A DNA stretch of 40,051 nt, from positions 1-40,051 of the forward strand of contig NGBS01001206.1 in assembly GCA_002245135.1 (NCBI GenBank). Reading direction: 5' to 3'. This DNA is from Proteromonas lacertae (lineage: Eukaryota). Shown in pieces: positions 1 through 10,446 of this stretch (position 1 is its first letter; the number at the start of each line of letters is the position of its first letter). Below the pieces are notes generated by a model. The model was not told the origin of the DNA. It saw only the letters and a list, made by a program, of their open reading frames with translations, and did no database searches. The translations under genes and the position numbers were made by a program.

Positions 1-911
1 CCTGGTACTTGAGTTCTTTCATCAGCTTCAGGCACTTTACAAGATGACCTTGAATGTATACCGACTCCTTCTTCTTAAGAGTTGATGATATTCCCATGGA
101 GTTGCAATAACTTTTCTTGGAATCCTTAGTTAAGCAGGTGAGTTGGATGTGATCATTAATGGAACCTAGGTACTTCTTAAGGCAGTAAGGACAGAGACCA
201 CAGGAAATGTTCTTATCGGTGACTCTAGCAGCAGTAATCACGGGATTATCAACATCGATCACGTCCATTGGATTAGCAATCACGGTATAATGATATTGAA
301 CTTGATCATCCTCCTCGGCTTCAAGGTAAAGTAAGTGAACAAAACGATCAGGAGAAGTCATCGGTAAAGTACGGCTACTGCGTCTGGCTAATCGTAAATG
401 CGATCCCTTCAATTGATAGATGTGAACACCACACATTATTGTTCTCTTCAAAGGAGTCGATGAGTCTGAAAGATGATATTGGATTTGCTATAGGGTGTTG
501 GTAGTTAATGATGTACTTGCTCAAGTACTTGGAGTACATCTCAGGATTCTCAATGGCTGCGTTCTTACTGAGTTGATGATGATGAAGAGCTGCGATTGCG
601 GAGTAAGCAAAGCTGAACATAGCAATACGTACATTTATAATACTGCTAGGATCAATCACTTCCTTGGGCACCTCCAGCAGTGCTTCGATGAAATAAACTT
701 TGTTGACCCGTGACTTCTTAGCTGGATGATCCTCAGCTGCCTTATGAAGTTCCTTATGTGATCTCTTGACCTTACCTTCGGAGGATGAATCTACCAGTGG
801 TGTGTAGTTGCTTACCTGGGATAGTTGAGAAGCTAAATTGAAGTCCCTGGAGGTGTCTTGTTCTATGACTACTTTATCATTCAATGGAGATGTTGCTTGG
901 GTTGGATCCAT
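1..911 (-). pseudogene. N-terminal region of a Polinton/adintovirus-type protein-primed DNA polymerase B; one frameshift; runs off the left edge
   Basis: ORF 375-911 has SIINVR..FAYSAIAALH...IDSFEENNNV. A frameshift near 431 continues GVHIYQL...FVHLLYLE...HYTVIAN...CPYCLKKY..HIQLTC, open to base 1. This matches the N-terminal motif order of Polinton pPolB. Confidence 0.7.
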
Positions 912-1196
912 TTATACTTCACTAGGTAAACGATTTCAACTATTCAAGGCTATCGAAGTTACCAATTGTAAACTCCTGGTTCCACGATTGGTTTCCACGA
1001 TTGATTTACTAATCACCAGCGTAGCAAGGATAGTCAAGAGCGTGATTAGAATCATCACCTCGAGGTAACCAACACTTCTAGATAGCTTCCAGGAGTACCC
1101 GTAAGAGATCGTCTCATAGATAGGTATAGGTAGGTATAGAAATAGCTTACAGGAGTTCCCGTAGGGAAGATGACCCCGTTGAGAAGTAGACCCCGT

Positions 1197-1254
1197 TAGG
1201 AGGAATCCCGTAGGAACCTTACGTAAATGGGACTATGGGACATTATCACAGAGT
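1197..1254 (+). repeat. 58-bp dispersed repeat, copy 1 (copy 2 at 26389-26446)
   Basis: taggaggaatcccgtaggaaccttacgtaaatgggactatgggacattatcacagagt; 3 mismatches to copy 2, same orientation. Confidence 0.95.
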
Positions 1255-1277
1255 CCCATTTATATATTATATATAAA

Positions 1278-2040
1278 TCAACACCTCCTGGGGATGGTAA
1301 CAACGCTGACAATAGTGTTGTGAACCTAAGTCTTCAACAAGAACCACTAACATCTATCATCGATAATGATCCTGAGCTTCAACTTCAACAATAAGAAACA
1401 GACAACTAAACATTATCTGATAATAGTCAATGTTAACAGGGTGATGTCCTTCTAAATTGCCTCCAACAACACCGAGATGTTTACCAAGTACGATACTATG
1501 TGGCTATGGTAACTCAACAAGATCCAACCTTCCCTAAGCATCTTCAGATCATCAACGCTGCCTATGTTTCAACTCCCTGAGTAGATACTCTCAATTCAAC
1601 TTTCTGGAAGAGAGGCAACATTGGTAAAGTCTTAATGTTCTTGCTAGTGATCAAGGATTCAGTTATCTATCCCGGCAAGGAAGTGTCTAGTGATGGAGCT
1701 ACAAGGAGTTGCAAATCAAGGAGTTCAACAACAGTAACCTCAAATACCTCCTCAGAATCCTGAGCAACCAGCAGCTGCTTCAATGACTTCACCATCTTCA
1801 TAATTTCCTAGTACTTAAAGTCTATGTTGTTGTAAGCAAAGTCACCCAAGATAGTAGCTCCTTCCAAGTATGAGGTCATCTCTCCGATCACCGTCCTTTA
1901 GATGATGTTCACGATACCACTTTCATTGACAGTAGCTCCTCGGCCAGTGACCATTCTCTTGCTTTGTCTATTTTGGAGATTGAATAAGCCAAAGTTGCTA
2001 AAGATGAGGAACTCGATGAAATTTTCTTCCTCTTGAACGT
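1278..2040 (+). pseudogene. Degenerate Gln-rich ORF(s) of the GC-richer viral-like element
   Basis: Coding-like frames with interspersed stops: ...ELQLQQ*ETDN*TLSDNSQC*QGDVLL... and MELQGVANQGVQQQ*PQIPPQ from 1693. Composition matches the adjacent pPolB region. Confidence 0.5.
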
Positions 2041-2101
2041 ATTATAACAACTTCTTATCTATATCAAAACCCCAACAAACATTTAATTGCATAATCTATA
2101 T

Positions 2102-3259
2102 ATGATAGATCTTTATTTTTATGTTTCTTGTATATGTTTATCTGCAATTCTGTTAGAGATTTTTAATCATAAAACACAGCCAAATGTGTATTATTTAGAA
2201 GCAATAGAGATAAAAAAGAATTTGTATTTAACATCATACTATTATGATAGCAGATTTAAAGCGATTAGATTAATCTTATATAATTACAATAATAGTAATA
2301 TATACAATATATCATGTATATATGAATATCATAGAATAAGCCATATATGTAGAATGGAAGTATATAATAAATTAGCAGAAGATAATACATTAGTTAATAT
2401 TTTAATTTTTATCACTTCTTTTCCTGTAAAAGTCGTATTAAATAACAAAGCTATAATTATTAAAAATAAAAATAAAAATGAAATTCTCAAAAAGTCAAAT
2501 ATTACTGTTTGTATAGGAAAGATGGTTAATTTCTCAGCATACAATATGTTGATTGAAATGATTGAATCTTATCTTTATTTTGGAGTTGATCATTTTGTTA
2601 TTTATAAAACATCTGCTTCAAAAAATGTGAGTAAAGTATTAAACTACTACCAAGAAAAGGGAGTGCTAGATATAGTTAGATGGAAAAATGATTTTGATTT
2701 AAAGTATGCAAAGTATAAAACTTACGGTCAAAGAGTTAAAATAAACGATTGTTTCTACAAAAACTATTATACGACTAACAATATAATAATGACAGATTTA
2801 GATGAATTGCTTTGGCCGAATAATAAATTCACAATTATGGAAATGTTGGAAAATATTGAAAAAGTTAAGAAAAGAAAATATGATGTATATTATTTTCAAG
2901 AGAAAATATTTAAAAGAAATTATATACCATATTTCGATAGATTTGTTCATAACATTGAAGATTGTGATATTTTTGATTATCATGATTGTTGTGATTATAC
3001 TTGGAAATGGCCTAAAATGATAATTAGAAATTTAAAAAGAATTACATCATTAAGTATTCACTGGATTACAGGAAGTTTATATAATTATACTGAAACAAAA
3101 ATCAACAGTAAAATAGGATATATAAGACATACAAGAAGAATTTATCCATATATAATTAGTGGATTAATAGGAAAATGGTCAGTTTGTGAATCTGATATTA
3201 GAGAAGGTATAATCAAAATAAAATCACAACTTGCTAGGTTTATAATTTTAAATAATTAA
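2102..3259 (+). CDS. Glycosyltransferase family 92 (DUF23)-like, N-terminal signal anchor
   Basis: ITVCI, LIEMIESYLYFGVDHFVIY, GQ..INDCFY, TDLDELLWP (DxD). First ATG at 2102 precedes a hydrophobic segment. Confidence 0.85.
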   Translation: MIDLYFYVSCICLSAILLEIFNHKTQPNVYYLEAIEIKKNLYLTSYYYDSRFKAIRLILYNYNNSNIYNISCIYEYHRISHICRMEVYNKLAEDNTLVNILIFITSFPVKVVLNNKAIIIKNKNKNEILKKSNITVCIGKMVNFSAYNMLIEMIESYLYFGVDHFVIYKTSASKNVSKVLNYYQEKGVLDIVRWKNDFDLKYAKYKTYGQRVKINDCFYKNYYTTNNIIMTDLDELLWPNNKFTIMEMLENIEKVKKRKYDVYYFQEKIFKRNYIPYFDRFVHNIEDCDIFDYHDCCDYTWKWPKMIIRNLKRITSLSIHWITGSLYNYTETKINSKIGYIRHTRRIYPYIISGLIGKWSVCESDIREGIIKIKSQLARFIILNN

Positions 3260-3352
3260 AATCTATAAATATAAAATTCAATAATTAATTTAGTACAGTG
3301 TTTTACAATAGTAATGATATACAATATTTCATAATTCTTATAAATAAACTGT

Positions 3353-4255
3353 CTAAATTTTCCATCTACTGTGATTGATTTTAGAGCTTTTATTAATATA
3401 ATGTAAATATGAAGGAGGTATTTTTTCAGGATTTATATACCAGTCTGTGTGTAAAATAGAATATGGAGGCAAAGATCTATATGTATTACCTTTAAATCTT
3501 CCAAACATAGAAGTACTTCTTCTTAATTGAAATGTTGTGTCAATATCACATTGAACTAATGAATAATATTTATTTTTCCATATTATCTCATAATGAGTCT
3601 TAGATATTGCTTTATTTTGTTCATAAAAGAAGTAGTTGGATAGAGGATAGTAGTTTGGTAAATTGCTTACTACTATTGAAGGTCCAATAACATCTATTCC
3701 TTTGCATCTATCAAGAATGTATATATAAAAATGTAGTATATCATAAGGAGCAGTAATTAATGAAATATCACAATCAGTTAATATATAATACTTAAAGTGA
3801 TTAGTTTGAGTTATATTTTTAATAATAAAAGGTAATTCATTATTCACCATTTTAAACCAGTTCTTAGTTTTAAGTTTGATGAAAATGATTTCATTTAATT
3901 CAATTAGATTTTTTAAATAGTTTTCAGTTTGTTGATAAGTTGTAAAATGATCAAGTATATATATTAATAGTTTATATTTTCTTTTTAAATGTTTAATGTT
4001 CTTTAGCAAAATTTTAAGAGAAAATAGTCTATCTCGGCTTAGTATAAATATAGGTATAATTGAATTATAGAAATAATTATTTATTTTGCTAAAATTACAT
4101 TTTAACTTGTTATATACATTAATATTTTGGTTAAATATATTTAAATATACATATTCATTATTTTGATTTACCTTTAGACTAATTTTTGGTTTGTATTCAT
4201 AATTATATAATATTATAGAAAGAAATATAATATTCAATATAAAAAATATGATCAT
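3353..4255 (-). CDS. GT2-like (GT-A) glycosyltransferase
   Basis: IPIFILSRDRL, IYILDH.TTY, YYILTDCDI (DxD), DIDTTF, PYSILHTDWY; N-terminal TM segment. Confidence 0.75.
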   Translation of the reverse strand: MIIFFILNIIFLSIILYNYEYKPKISLKVNQNNEYVYLNIFNQNINVYNKLKCNFSKINNYFYNSIIPIFILSRDRLFSLKILLKNIKHLKRKYKLLIYILDHFTTYQQTENYLKNLIELNEIIFIKLKTKNWFKMVNNELPFIIKNITQTNHFKYYILTDCDISLITAPYDILHFYIYILDRCKGIDVIGPSIVVSNLPNYYPLSNYFFYEQNKAISKTHYEIIWKNKYYSLVQCDIDTTFQLRRSTSMFGRFKGNTYRSLPPYSILHTDWYINPEKIPPSYLHYINKSSKINHSRWKI

Positions 4256-4395
4256 TATAATCAGGATACTATCAAAGTTAGCTAGGTTAAAAAGTATTAT
4301 TTGGTTGTATTTCCTATTATTTTACTTTTATCTACGCTTTGTCATATTATTAATTAAGATATACAAAAATATATAAAAATATCTAATTAAGAATA

Positions 4396-5319
4396 ATGAT
4401 AATGAAATATTTGATTTTAATATTATTCTTTTCTTTGTATAGTATATTATTATATTTGTATATATCACTAATGTATATAACATATGAGTATATTTTTATT
4501 ACATGTTATTTTCAAGACGAAAAGATAAATAATAGAAAAGTACATAGTTTAGAGAATTATAAAAAATGGATAGATACTTTCTTCAAGAATGTTAAAAAGA
4601 ATGTGATTGTATTTACAGACAATAGAAAATTATTACAACAATATAAACCTTTAAGAATATTTTATTACAATAGTATTGAAGAAGTTCCAATTAATATCAA
4701 CAAGTCTAATCTTTATAAGTATCAAATGAAAATAGAGCCATGTGTATATGAAAGAAGTTGGAGAAGTAAAATGATATGGAATTCTAAGCTATATTTTATG
4801 AAAATTGCAATTAATTATTACTATTCTCCAACATATATATGGATTGACATAGGATGCATGAGATACCAACAGAATTATATTAATTTACCTGATTTAAAAA
4901 AAATAAAACAACTATCATCTAATAATGAAATGAATTTCTTTATAACTAGAAGAAATTCATTTATTCCAGAGAAAATACTAAGTTATAAGTGCTTATATAT
5001 AATTGCAACATCATTTTTTGGTTCAAAACTTGCTGTAGAAAAATTCGCTAAAGCATTTTATAATGTTTTGGATGAGTATCTGCTACATAAAATATATTTT
5101 GGAACAGAACAAAACCTCTTCGATTATATTACATTAAAATATTACAATAATTCTTTAATCTATCCTTTATATCTATCTAAATGTAATGAAAGAAGTACAT
5201 TTTGGGAATTCTTAAAATATTATTCAAATTATAAATGTTCAGAAACAATTATTCCATTTAAATATTATACTAATATAAAGTATATGTCAATTAAATACAC
5301 AATAAAATGTAATTGTTAA
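4396..5319 (+). CDS. HtrL/YibB (WlaTC)-family putative glycosyltransferase
   Basis: FITCYF, YKKWI, VIVFTD, IWNSKLYFMKIAI, YIWIDIGCMR, FFGS, GTEQN; N-terminal TM segment. Confidence 0.75.
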   Translation: MIMKYLILILFFSLYSILLYLYISLMYITYEYIFITCYFQDEKINNRKVHSLENYKKWIDTFFKNVKKNVIVFTDNRKLLQQYKPLRIFYYNSIEEVPININKSNLYKYQMKIEPCVYERSWRSKMIWNSKLYFMKIAINYYYSPTYIWIDIGCMRYQQNYINLPDLKKIKQLSSNNEMNFFITRRNSFIPEKILSYKCLYIIATSFFGSKLAVEKFAKAFYNVLDEYLLHKIYFGTEQNLFDYITLKYYNNSLIYPLYLSKCNERSTFWEFLKYYSNYKCSETIIPFKYYTNIKYMSIKYTIKCNC

Positions 5320-5370
5320 TTACATATTATTAATTTAATATGAATATATGAATATTATTTTGATTAATAC

Positions 5371-6129
5371 CTAGTATAGATAGATTTTACATAATCCTAA
5401 TTTTGTTGATTTTATCCCTATATGTTCATATTTAATTCCTCGATGTTGATCATTGTTACTGAATAAGAAAGCTAAATATAATTTTCTTTTCAAAAAATAT
5501 AATCCTGTTTTATATTCTGATATATATACATTTATCATTTTTAATATTCTACTCTTATACACTGTAGGGCCATTCAAAAAATTTCTATTTTCATAAGGAT
5601 TAATTAGTTTTATCATATTCATTTTTTCATTATTTATTATTATTGAAGAATAACTTCCATTCTTTACAACCATTTTTCTTAGTATAACTCCATATATATT
5701 TTTTGATAAAGATAATGCTGTAATTGAATCCTCCAAAAAATTGTGTCTAGTATAATTATATATTTCTTTGTTTATAATCCAATCTTCTTCTAGCAAAAAG
5801 ACATAATTATAATAAATGTAAGAGAATAGGATTTTAAACGAGTATTCATAATTCTTGGGGCTTATAAAAAAGGTATTTCTTAAATTATAATTAGTTCTTA
5901 TTATGTATCTTTCTAAAGTACCTTGATCAATAAATATAATTGTATACTCTAATTTTTGGTCATATTTCAGTAAATGTGAATATAAAGAGAATAATGTTTT
6001 ATTTAAATAAGTATATCTATTACATGCAGTTATCATTATTTGAATTGTTGTGTAGTAACTTAAATGAAATATATTTAGAAAAATTAACGATTCTAAAATA
6101 CAAAATATAACTGATATATATATAAACAT
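5371..6129 (-). CDS. GT-A fold (GT2-like) glycosyltransferase
   Basis: IMITACNRYTYLNKTLFSL, FIDQG, YVFLLEEDW, C-terminal YEHIG; N-terminal TM segment. Confidence 0.7.
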   Translation of the reverse strand: MFIYISVIFCILESLIFLNIFHLSYYTTIQIMITACNRYTYLNKTLFSLYSHLLKYDQKLEYTIIFIDQGTLERYIIRTNYNLRNTFFISPKNYEYSFKILFSYIYYNYVFLLEEDWIINKEIYNYTRHNFLEDSITALSLSKNIYGVILRKMVVKNGSYSSIIINNEKMNMIKLINPYENRNFLNGPTVYKSRILKMINVYISEYKTGLYFLKRKLYLAFLFSNNDQHRGIKYEHIGIKSTKLGLCKIYLY

Positions 6130-6152
6130 AATTAATTATCATCACAATAAAT

Positions 6153-6995
6153 ATGAAAATTGTAATTTTGTGGTATGTAATTTTATTTATTAATTTAATG
6201 TATATATCTCTATACTTTTACACATTCAACTCATTTGAATGTTGTAATATAAAGAAATACAACCAAATTTCATATTATGATTTAGGTTCAAACAATGGAG
6301 ACTCATTATTATGGCTTTTCGGATATAAAAATAGAAACAATTCATATCATGTGCCTTATCCTTTTTTTCAACATTTTCCAACTAATAAAGTAACTGTACA
6401 TGTATTTGAAGCAAATCCTCTTTTATGTAATTTTATAGAAGAGAATGTTGATTTTTTAAAAACAGTAACAAATATGTGTAATTTTTATGTTAACTGTCCT
6501 GTTGTTGTATCAAATAGAAGCGGATTTATAAATTTCAAATCCACTTCAGGAACATTAGGAAGTTCTGCATATTATAATAAATCAGAAAGAGGTGCTAAAA
6601 TAATGAAAATAAGATCAATCGATATAGTAAGTTATTTTATGTTACATATAAGGCATAATGATTTTAACATTTTAAAATTTGATATAGAAGGTGAAGAATA
6701 TTACATGATTCCTAGAATGATTAAAGAAAATATTCTCCATTGCTTTGATTTAGTGTTTTCAGAATTTCATCCTTTCATAAATAATCCTGTAGGTATTGAA
6801 GAATCTTATAAAATATTCAATAATTTCAAAAATTATATGATTGAAAATATGATACCATATTTTGAAGAATATAATATTAGCAAAGATTTAATGAAAATAT
6901 ATCATGCAAAAATTAATTTATTATACAATTTTAGAAAAGATATATTTAATGAGTATAAATCAGAAATAATTAATAATAATTTCATTCATCTCTAA
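6153..6995 (+). CDS. FkbM-family SAM methyltransferase
   Basis: YYDLGSNNGDS, VHVFEANP, LKFDIEGEEY, SEFH; N-terminal TM segment. Confidence 0.85.
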   Translation: MKIVILWYVILFINLMYISLYFYTFNSFECCNIKKYNQISYYDLGSNNGDSLLWLFGYKNRNNSYHVPYPFFQHFPTNKVTVHVFEANPLLCNFIEENVDFLKTVTNMCNFYVNCPVVVSNRSGFINFKSTSGTLGSSAYYNKSERGAKIMKIRSIDIVSYFMLHIRHNDFNILKFDIEGEEYYMIPRMIKENILHCFDLVFSEFHPFINNPVGIEESYKIFNNFKNYMIENMIPYFEEYNISKDLMKIYHAKINLLYNFRKDIFNEYKSEIINNNFIHL

Positions 6996-7222
6996 ACATA
7001 GTAGATAAAAATATCATATAATTTTGTTTAAATAATTAATAGTAGATAAAAAATATTAATTCTTAAGAGCTGGAAAGTCTGATACCCATTGCACCATCTC
7101 CTATCTATCCACTATGAAGAACCTTTGATTTAGTTACTAGTATTAATGAATGATTACTTATACCTGTCTAAAAAAGAAATAAAAAAGTTGAATTGAGTGA
7201 GGTTTGATCAGATTTTTATCTT

Positions 7223-8050
7223 TTAGTCTTCTGAATCACGTTCCTTATCCGTAGATGCGTTTACTACTACTTCTGATGACTTCGCCGGGTAAGGAGTTGC
7301 TTCAGAAGCTAGATTCAGATGCTTTGCTGGAGGATCACTTGAAGCAGCTCGCGATGGTACTGAGGGTTTTGTTATCGATATCTTCTTCGGAGGACTACTA
7401 AGCTGTTTTTGTCTCCTCATTGATTCTATCCTGAGCCGGTGATGATCTTCATATTGTCTTAAGCGATGATACAGACTCAAGAGACAGCACATCGGAAGTG
7501 ACTTTACCTTTGGATCTACGTGAAAGTTGATATGTCCATCTTTGATAGATAAAACTATCTTGGCCTGGCAAGACTTCTCTTTGAGGTGAACAGCATCACA
7601 TGGAAATGAAATAATCTTATCGAACATCCCATCATGGTCGATTAGATCATTGTTGTCCTTGACTGTCTTAATAATCTCATGTATACTGTGTTGTATAAGC
7701 TGATTAATTATATCCCTTGTTTTATCTCTGGAGTTGATGGAGATGCCTGATTGTTGATTCTTAGTAGGTTTCCCAGATCTACATCTTGGACAACATAGAT
7801 AATAGTCTCCATTGGGCTTTAACATCATCGATGAAGCGAAGCGCATATGGCATCTACTGCAGGACATAATCTAGGCTGTGAGTTAAGCGTTCTCTTCCAA
7901 GGCTTTACGTTCTTCATGGCATCGGGCTATTGTCTTCTGCTTTGCCTTTCGTAATAGAGCTCTACAAGAACTACAACAGCTGTATGCTCTTCCATCAGCT
8001 TCAGATTGGAACTCCTTCTTACATCTACTACTTTTGACGATGGATTGCAT
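7223..8050 (-). pseudogene. Cys-rich (zinc-binding) orphan; ORF 7223-7867 extends in frame to an ATG at 8050 through two stops
   Basis: MQSIVKSSRCKKEF...YSCCSSCR...EENA*LTA*IMSCSRCHMRF...YLCCPRCR: a tandem repeat of the same Cys motif in one frame. Confidence 0.6.
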
Positions 8051-8718
8051 GGTTACCAATTAAGTATAAAAATAACTAGAAATATCTTAATGCCTTGAGT
8101 GACTATAATAATAGACTGTGTATTTACATTATGATGTTGACATCCTCATAGTTAATGTCTCTTTTCCTAGAAATAAGTTCTTACTCATATCTAGGAATGA
8201 TGATTAGTAGAAAGTCTGTAACTGGTTACTACATACTGATCACTTAGATAAGCTATTGGAATTTAGCAACTAAGTCCAGGATCTATTTTCTATGTCCCTA
8301 TTTTTAAACCTTCCTAACGATGTCCTTAAGTCCGGCCAGTTGATCTCATTCCAGTGTTAGGGTATCTGGTACTGTACTTTATAGTGAACTGTTGATTACA
8401 GATTCATCTCAATTCATTTTTTTCTTTAGAATTCGGATCTTAGAAGTTGAGGGCGATCTCCTGAGTTGATGAGGCAAGGCTATGTAGGAGGTGGTTCAGA
8501 TATAAGCAGTAGCTGTACTGGGGTTCGAACCCGGAGGGGATGGGATGTTGGTACCTGGTCTGCCCACTAGCATTTTATAGTTTAAATGACATATATCATC
8601 CCATAATAAATAATGTTCAAAATGTAATATTCACATATGTTGAAGAAGAAATAAATATAATAAACCAACCAAAAGTTCAAATGTATTTTTGCTTTTAAAA
8701 TTCTTATAATCTTCTTTG

Positions 8719-9090
8719 CTAAAATTGTAACTCAATATTTTTCATTTCATCGTTGCTAAAGTATAAATTCATATACTCATTTCGATCCAATGTTTCTTGG
8801 TGCTTGATAGAGATTAACTTCTGATTATCAAAATTACACGAAAAACAATGATAAACTGCTGTTGCTGACTTCTCTAATTCGATGTAGTTGAATTGTGGTG
8901 GACTTTGCTTCTTCTTTGATTTTTTGCTGTCATCATAAGCCAAACTTTGAATATACATTTCGTCGCAAAATGTCTTTAAATGCTGGATGTTACGACTCAC
9001 TTTCTGATAGAACTCATAAGCCTGTCCCTTTAATGGAAGCTGGGAGCATAATTCTGAATTGGTTGGTTGTTTGACTCTGTCTGCTGGCAT
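8719..9090 (-). CDS. Hypothetical protein
   Basis: 123-aa ATG ORF with normal composition; no recognised motif. Confidence 0.55.
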   Translation of the reverse strand: MPADRVKQPTNSELCSQLPLKGQAYEFYQKVSRNIQHLKTFCDEMYIQSLAYDDSKKSKKKQSPPQFNYIELEKSATAVYHCFSCNFDNQKLISIKHQETLDRNEYMNLYFSNDEMKNIELQF

Positions 9091-9339
9091 TTTTGATTGA
9101 ATGATTGAATAATTAATTTTCTATTAAAGTAAAAAAATGAAAAAAATAAAATACTGAAAATGAGTAAGAAAAGTGTGAATGAAAAAAAAACGGTTTTTCT
9201 TTATGCAATTTTTAAAGGGGGGTACAAAAAATAACTTTCAAAATCAAATACGAAAGAAGACTATATAAAATTAAATATTTATGAATGGTTTTTGAATTTC
9301 AATCTCAGGTTTATTAATAGGAATAATTTCTATTTCTGT

Positions 9340-9660
9340 TTATAATGGTTCTTCATCTTCATTATCACTAGCATTTCTAGAATTTATTCTACTATTTTCA
9401 GGTGTTAAAGTAAATGGAATAGCAGAAACAATAGTAGATTTACCTAAAGCTCTATTTATTACAGGTTCTGGTTCATTTAATATCTCAGTGATTTCTGCTG
9501 GACAATATCTATGATATAACCATACTACAATTTTTTTAACTTTATAAAGAATCCATAATAACATACATACAAAAAATATAAGACCTTCTTGCTTTAGACT
9601 TGTTAATGTATCATTCATATCTTTAAGCATAGTTGAATATTGTGTATTAATAAATGACAT
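9340..9660 (-). CDS. Small single-pass membrane protein
   Basis: 106-aa ORF with hydrophobic GLIFFVCMLLWILY followed by basic residues. Confidence 0.55.
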   Translation of the reverse strand: MSFINTQYSTMLKDMNDTLTSLKQEGLIFFVCMLLWILYKVKKIVVWLYHRYCPAEITEILNEPEPVINRALGKSTIVSAIPFTLTPENSRINSRNASDNEDEEPL

Positions 9661-9723
9661 TTTATGTGAAATTATTTATATATAAAAACGCATAGAAATA
9701 TAAAAATGAATTTTAAACCAAAG

Positions 9724-10320
9724 TTAATTAATTATACAGGTAGGTGATGTAGTTAGATCTACTGTAGCTACCCCCGGGATAGAACTTGTAGGTGTTTCTA
9801 CTTTAGCAATATCTACCTTTGGTCGACCCTCGGCAGTGGAACTATTCTCTACTTTACGCTTCTTATCTTCTCCACTATTATCACTTCCTTTCTTTACTTC
9901 TTCATATCTTCTCTTCTTCTTATTTCTACACTCTGTACAAGATTTATAGAATACACCTTCACTCTTATAACCAAATTCATCATTAGCTTTCTTCTTACCA
10001 CAAGTACTACATACATGTGAATCTGGATCTAACTTTGTTATATCCTTTCTTTTTTTAGATTTAGATTCACTTTGTTTTTCTTCCTTCACTTCTTCTTCTT
10101 CCATTGTTATATCAATATCATCACCTGGTTGTTCACTCCATTCTAGATCATCTTCATACTCTTCAATCACAGAATACATACCATCCAACATATCCTTAAA
10201 TACTTTAATGATTAATGATTTTACTTCAGACATATCATTCTCATAGAGATTCTTATACATTTCACCTTCTTGTAAGTGTTTTTCAATATTAGCATCCAAT
10301 TCGTTTTGTATATCACTCAT
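9724..10320 (-). CDS. Acidic/basic protein with a CxxC...CxxCR zinc-binding motif
   Basis: CSTCGKKK...YKSCTECRNKKKRR; NLS-like basic runs. Confidence 0.65.
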   Translation of the reverse strand: MSDIQNELDANIEKHLQEGEMYKNLYENDMSEVKSLIIKVFKDMLDGMYSVIEEYEDDLEWSEQPGDDIDITMEEEEVKEEKQSESKSKKRKDITKLDPDSHVCSTCGKKKANDEFGYKSEGVFYKSCTECRNKKKRRYEEVKKGSDNSGEDKKRKVENSSTAEGRPKVDIAKVETPTSSIPGVATVDLTTSPTCIIN

Positions 10321-10446
10321 TTTAATTTATGTAAATTATTACAAAAATAGCAAGAAATTTATGAATGAAAAGAATTATGTAATATTATGTTTATTTCTAT
10401 TCAGCCAATCAAAAACAATATTCAATTAAAACCAATGATTTAAGAA

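Noticed and set aside
2329..3020. Short ORFs overlapping longer genes (also 495-713, 838-1068, 18905-19108, 20221-20418, 22524-22730, 23654-23836, 24883-25101, 26830-27027, 29339-29587, 29848-30090)
   Set aside because: Antisense or alternate-frame shadows of motif-bearing genes, with no motifs of their own.
1278..8050. Alternative genetic code (TAA/TAG = Gln) for the viral-like ORFs
   Set aside because: In-frame TGA stops and frameshifts also occur, CAA/CAG are abundant, and neighbouring genes end in TAA/TAG. Decay explains it better.
8500..8570. Functional tRNA gene
   Set aside because: Only a T-loop/B-box is clear; no matching acceptor stem or anticodon arm on either strand.
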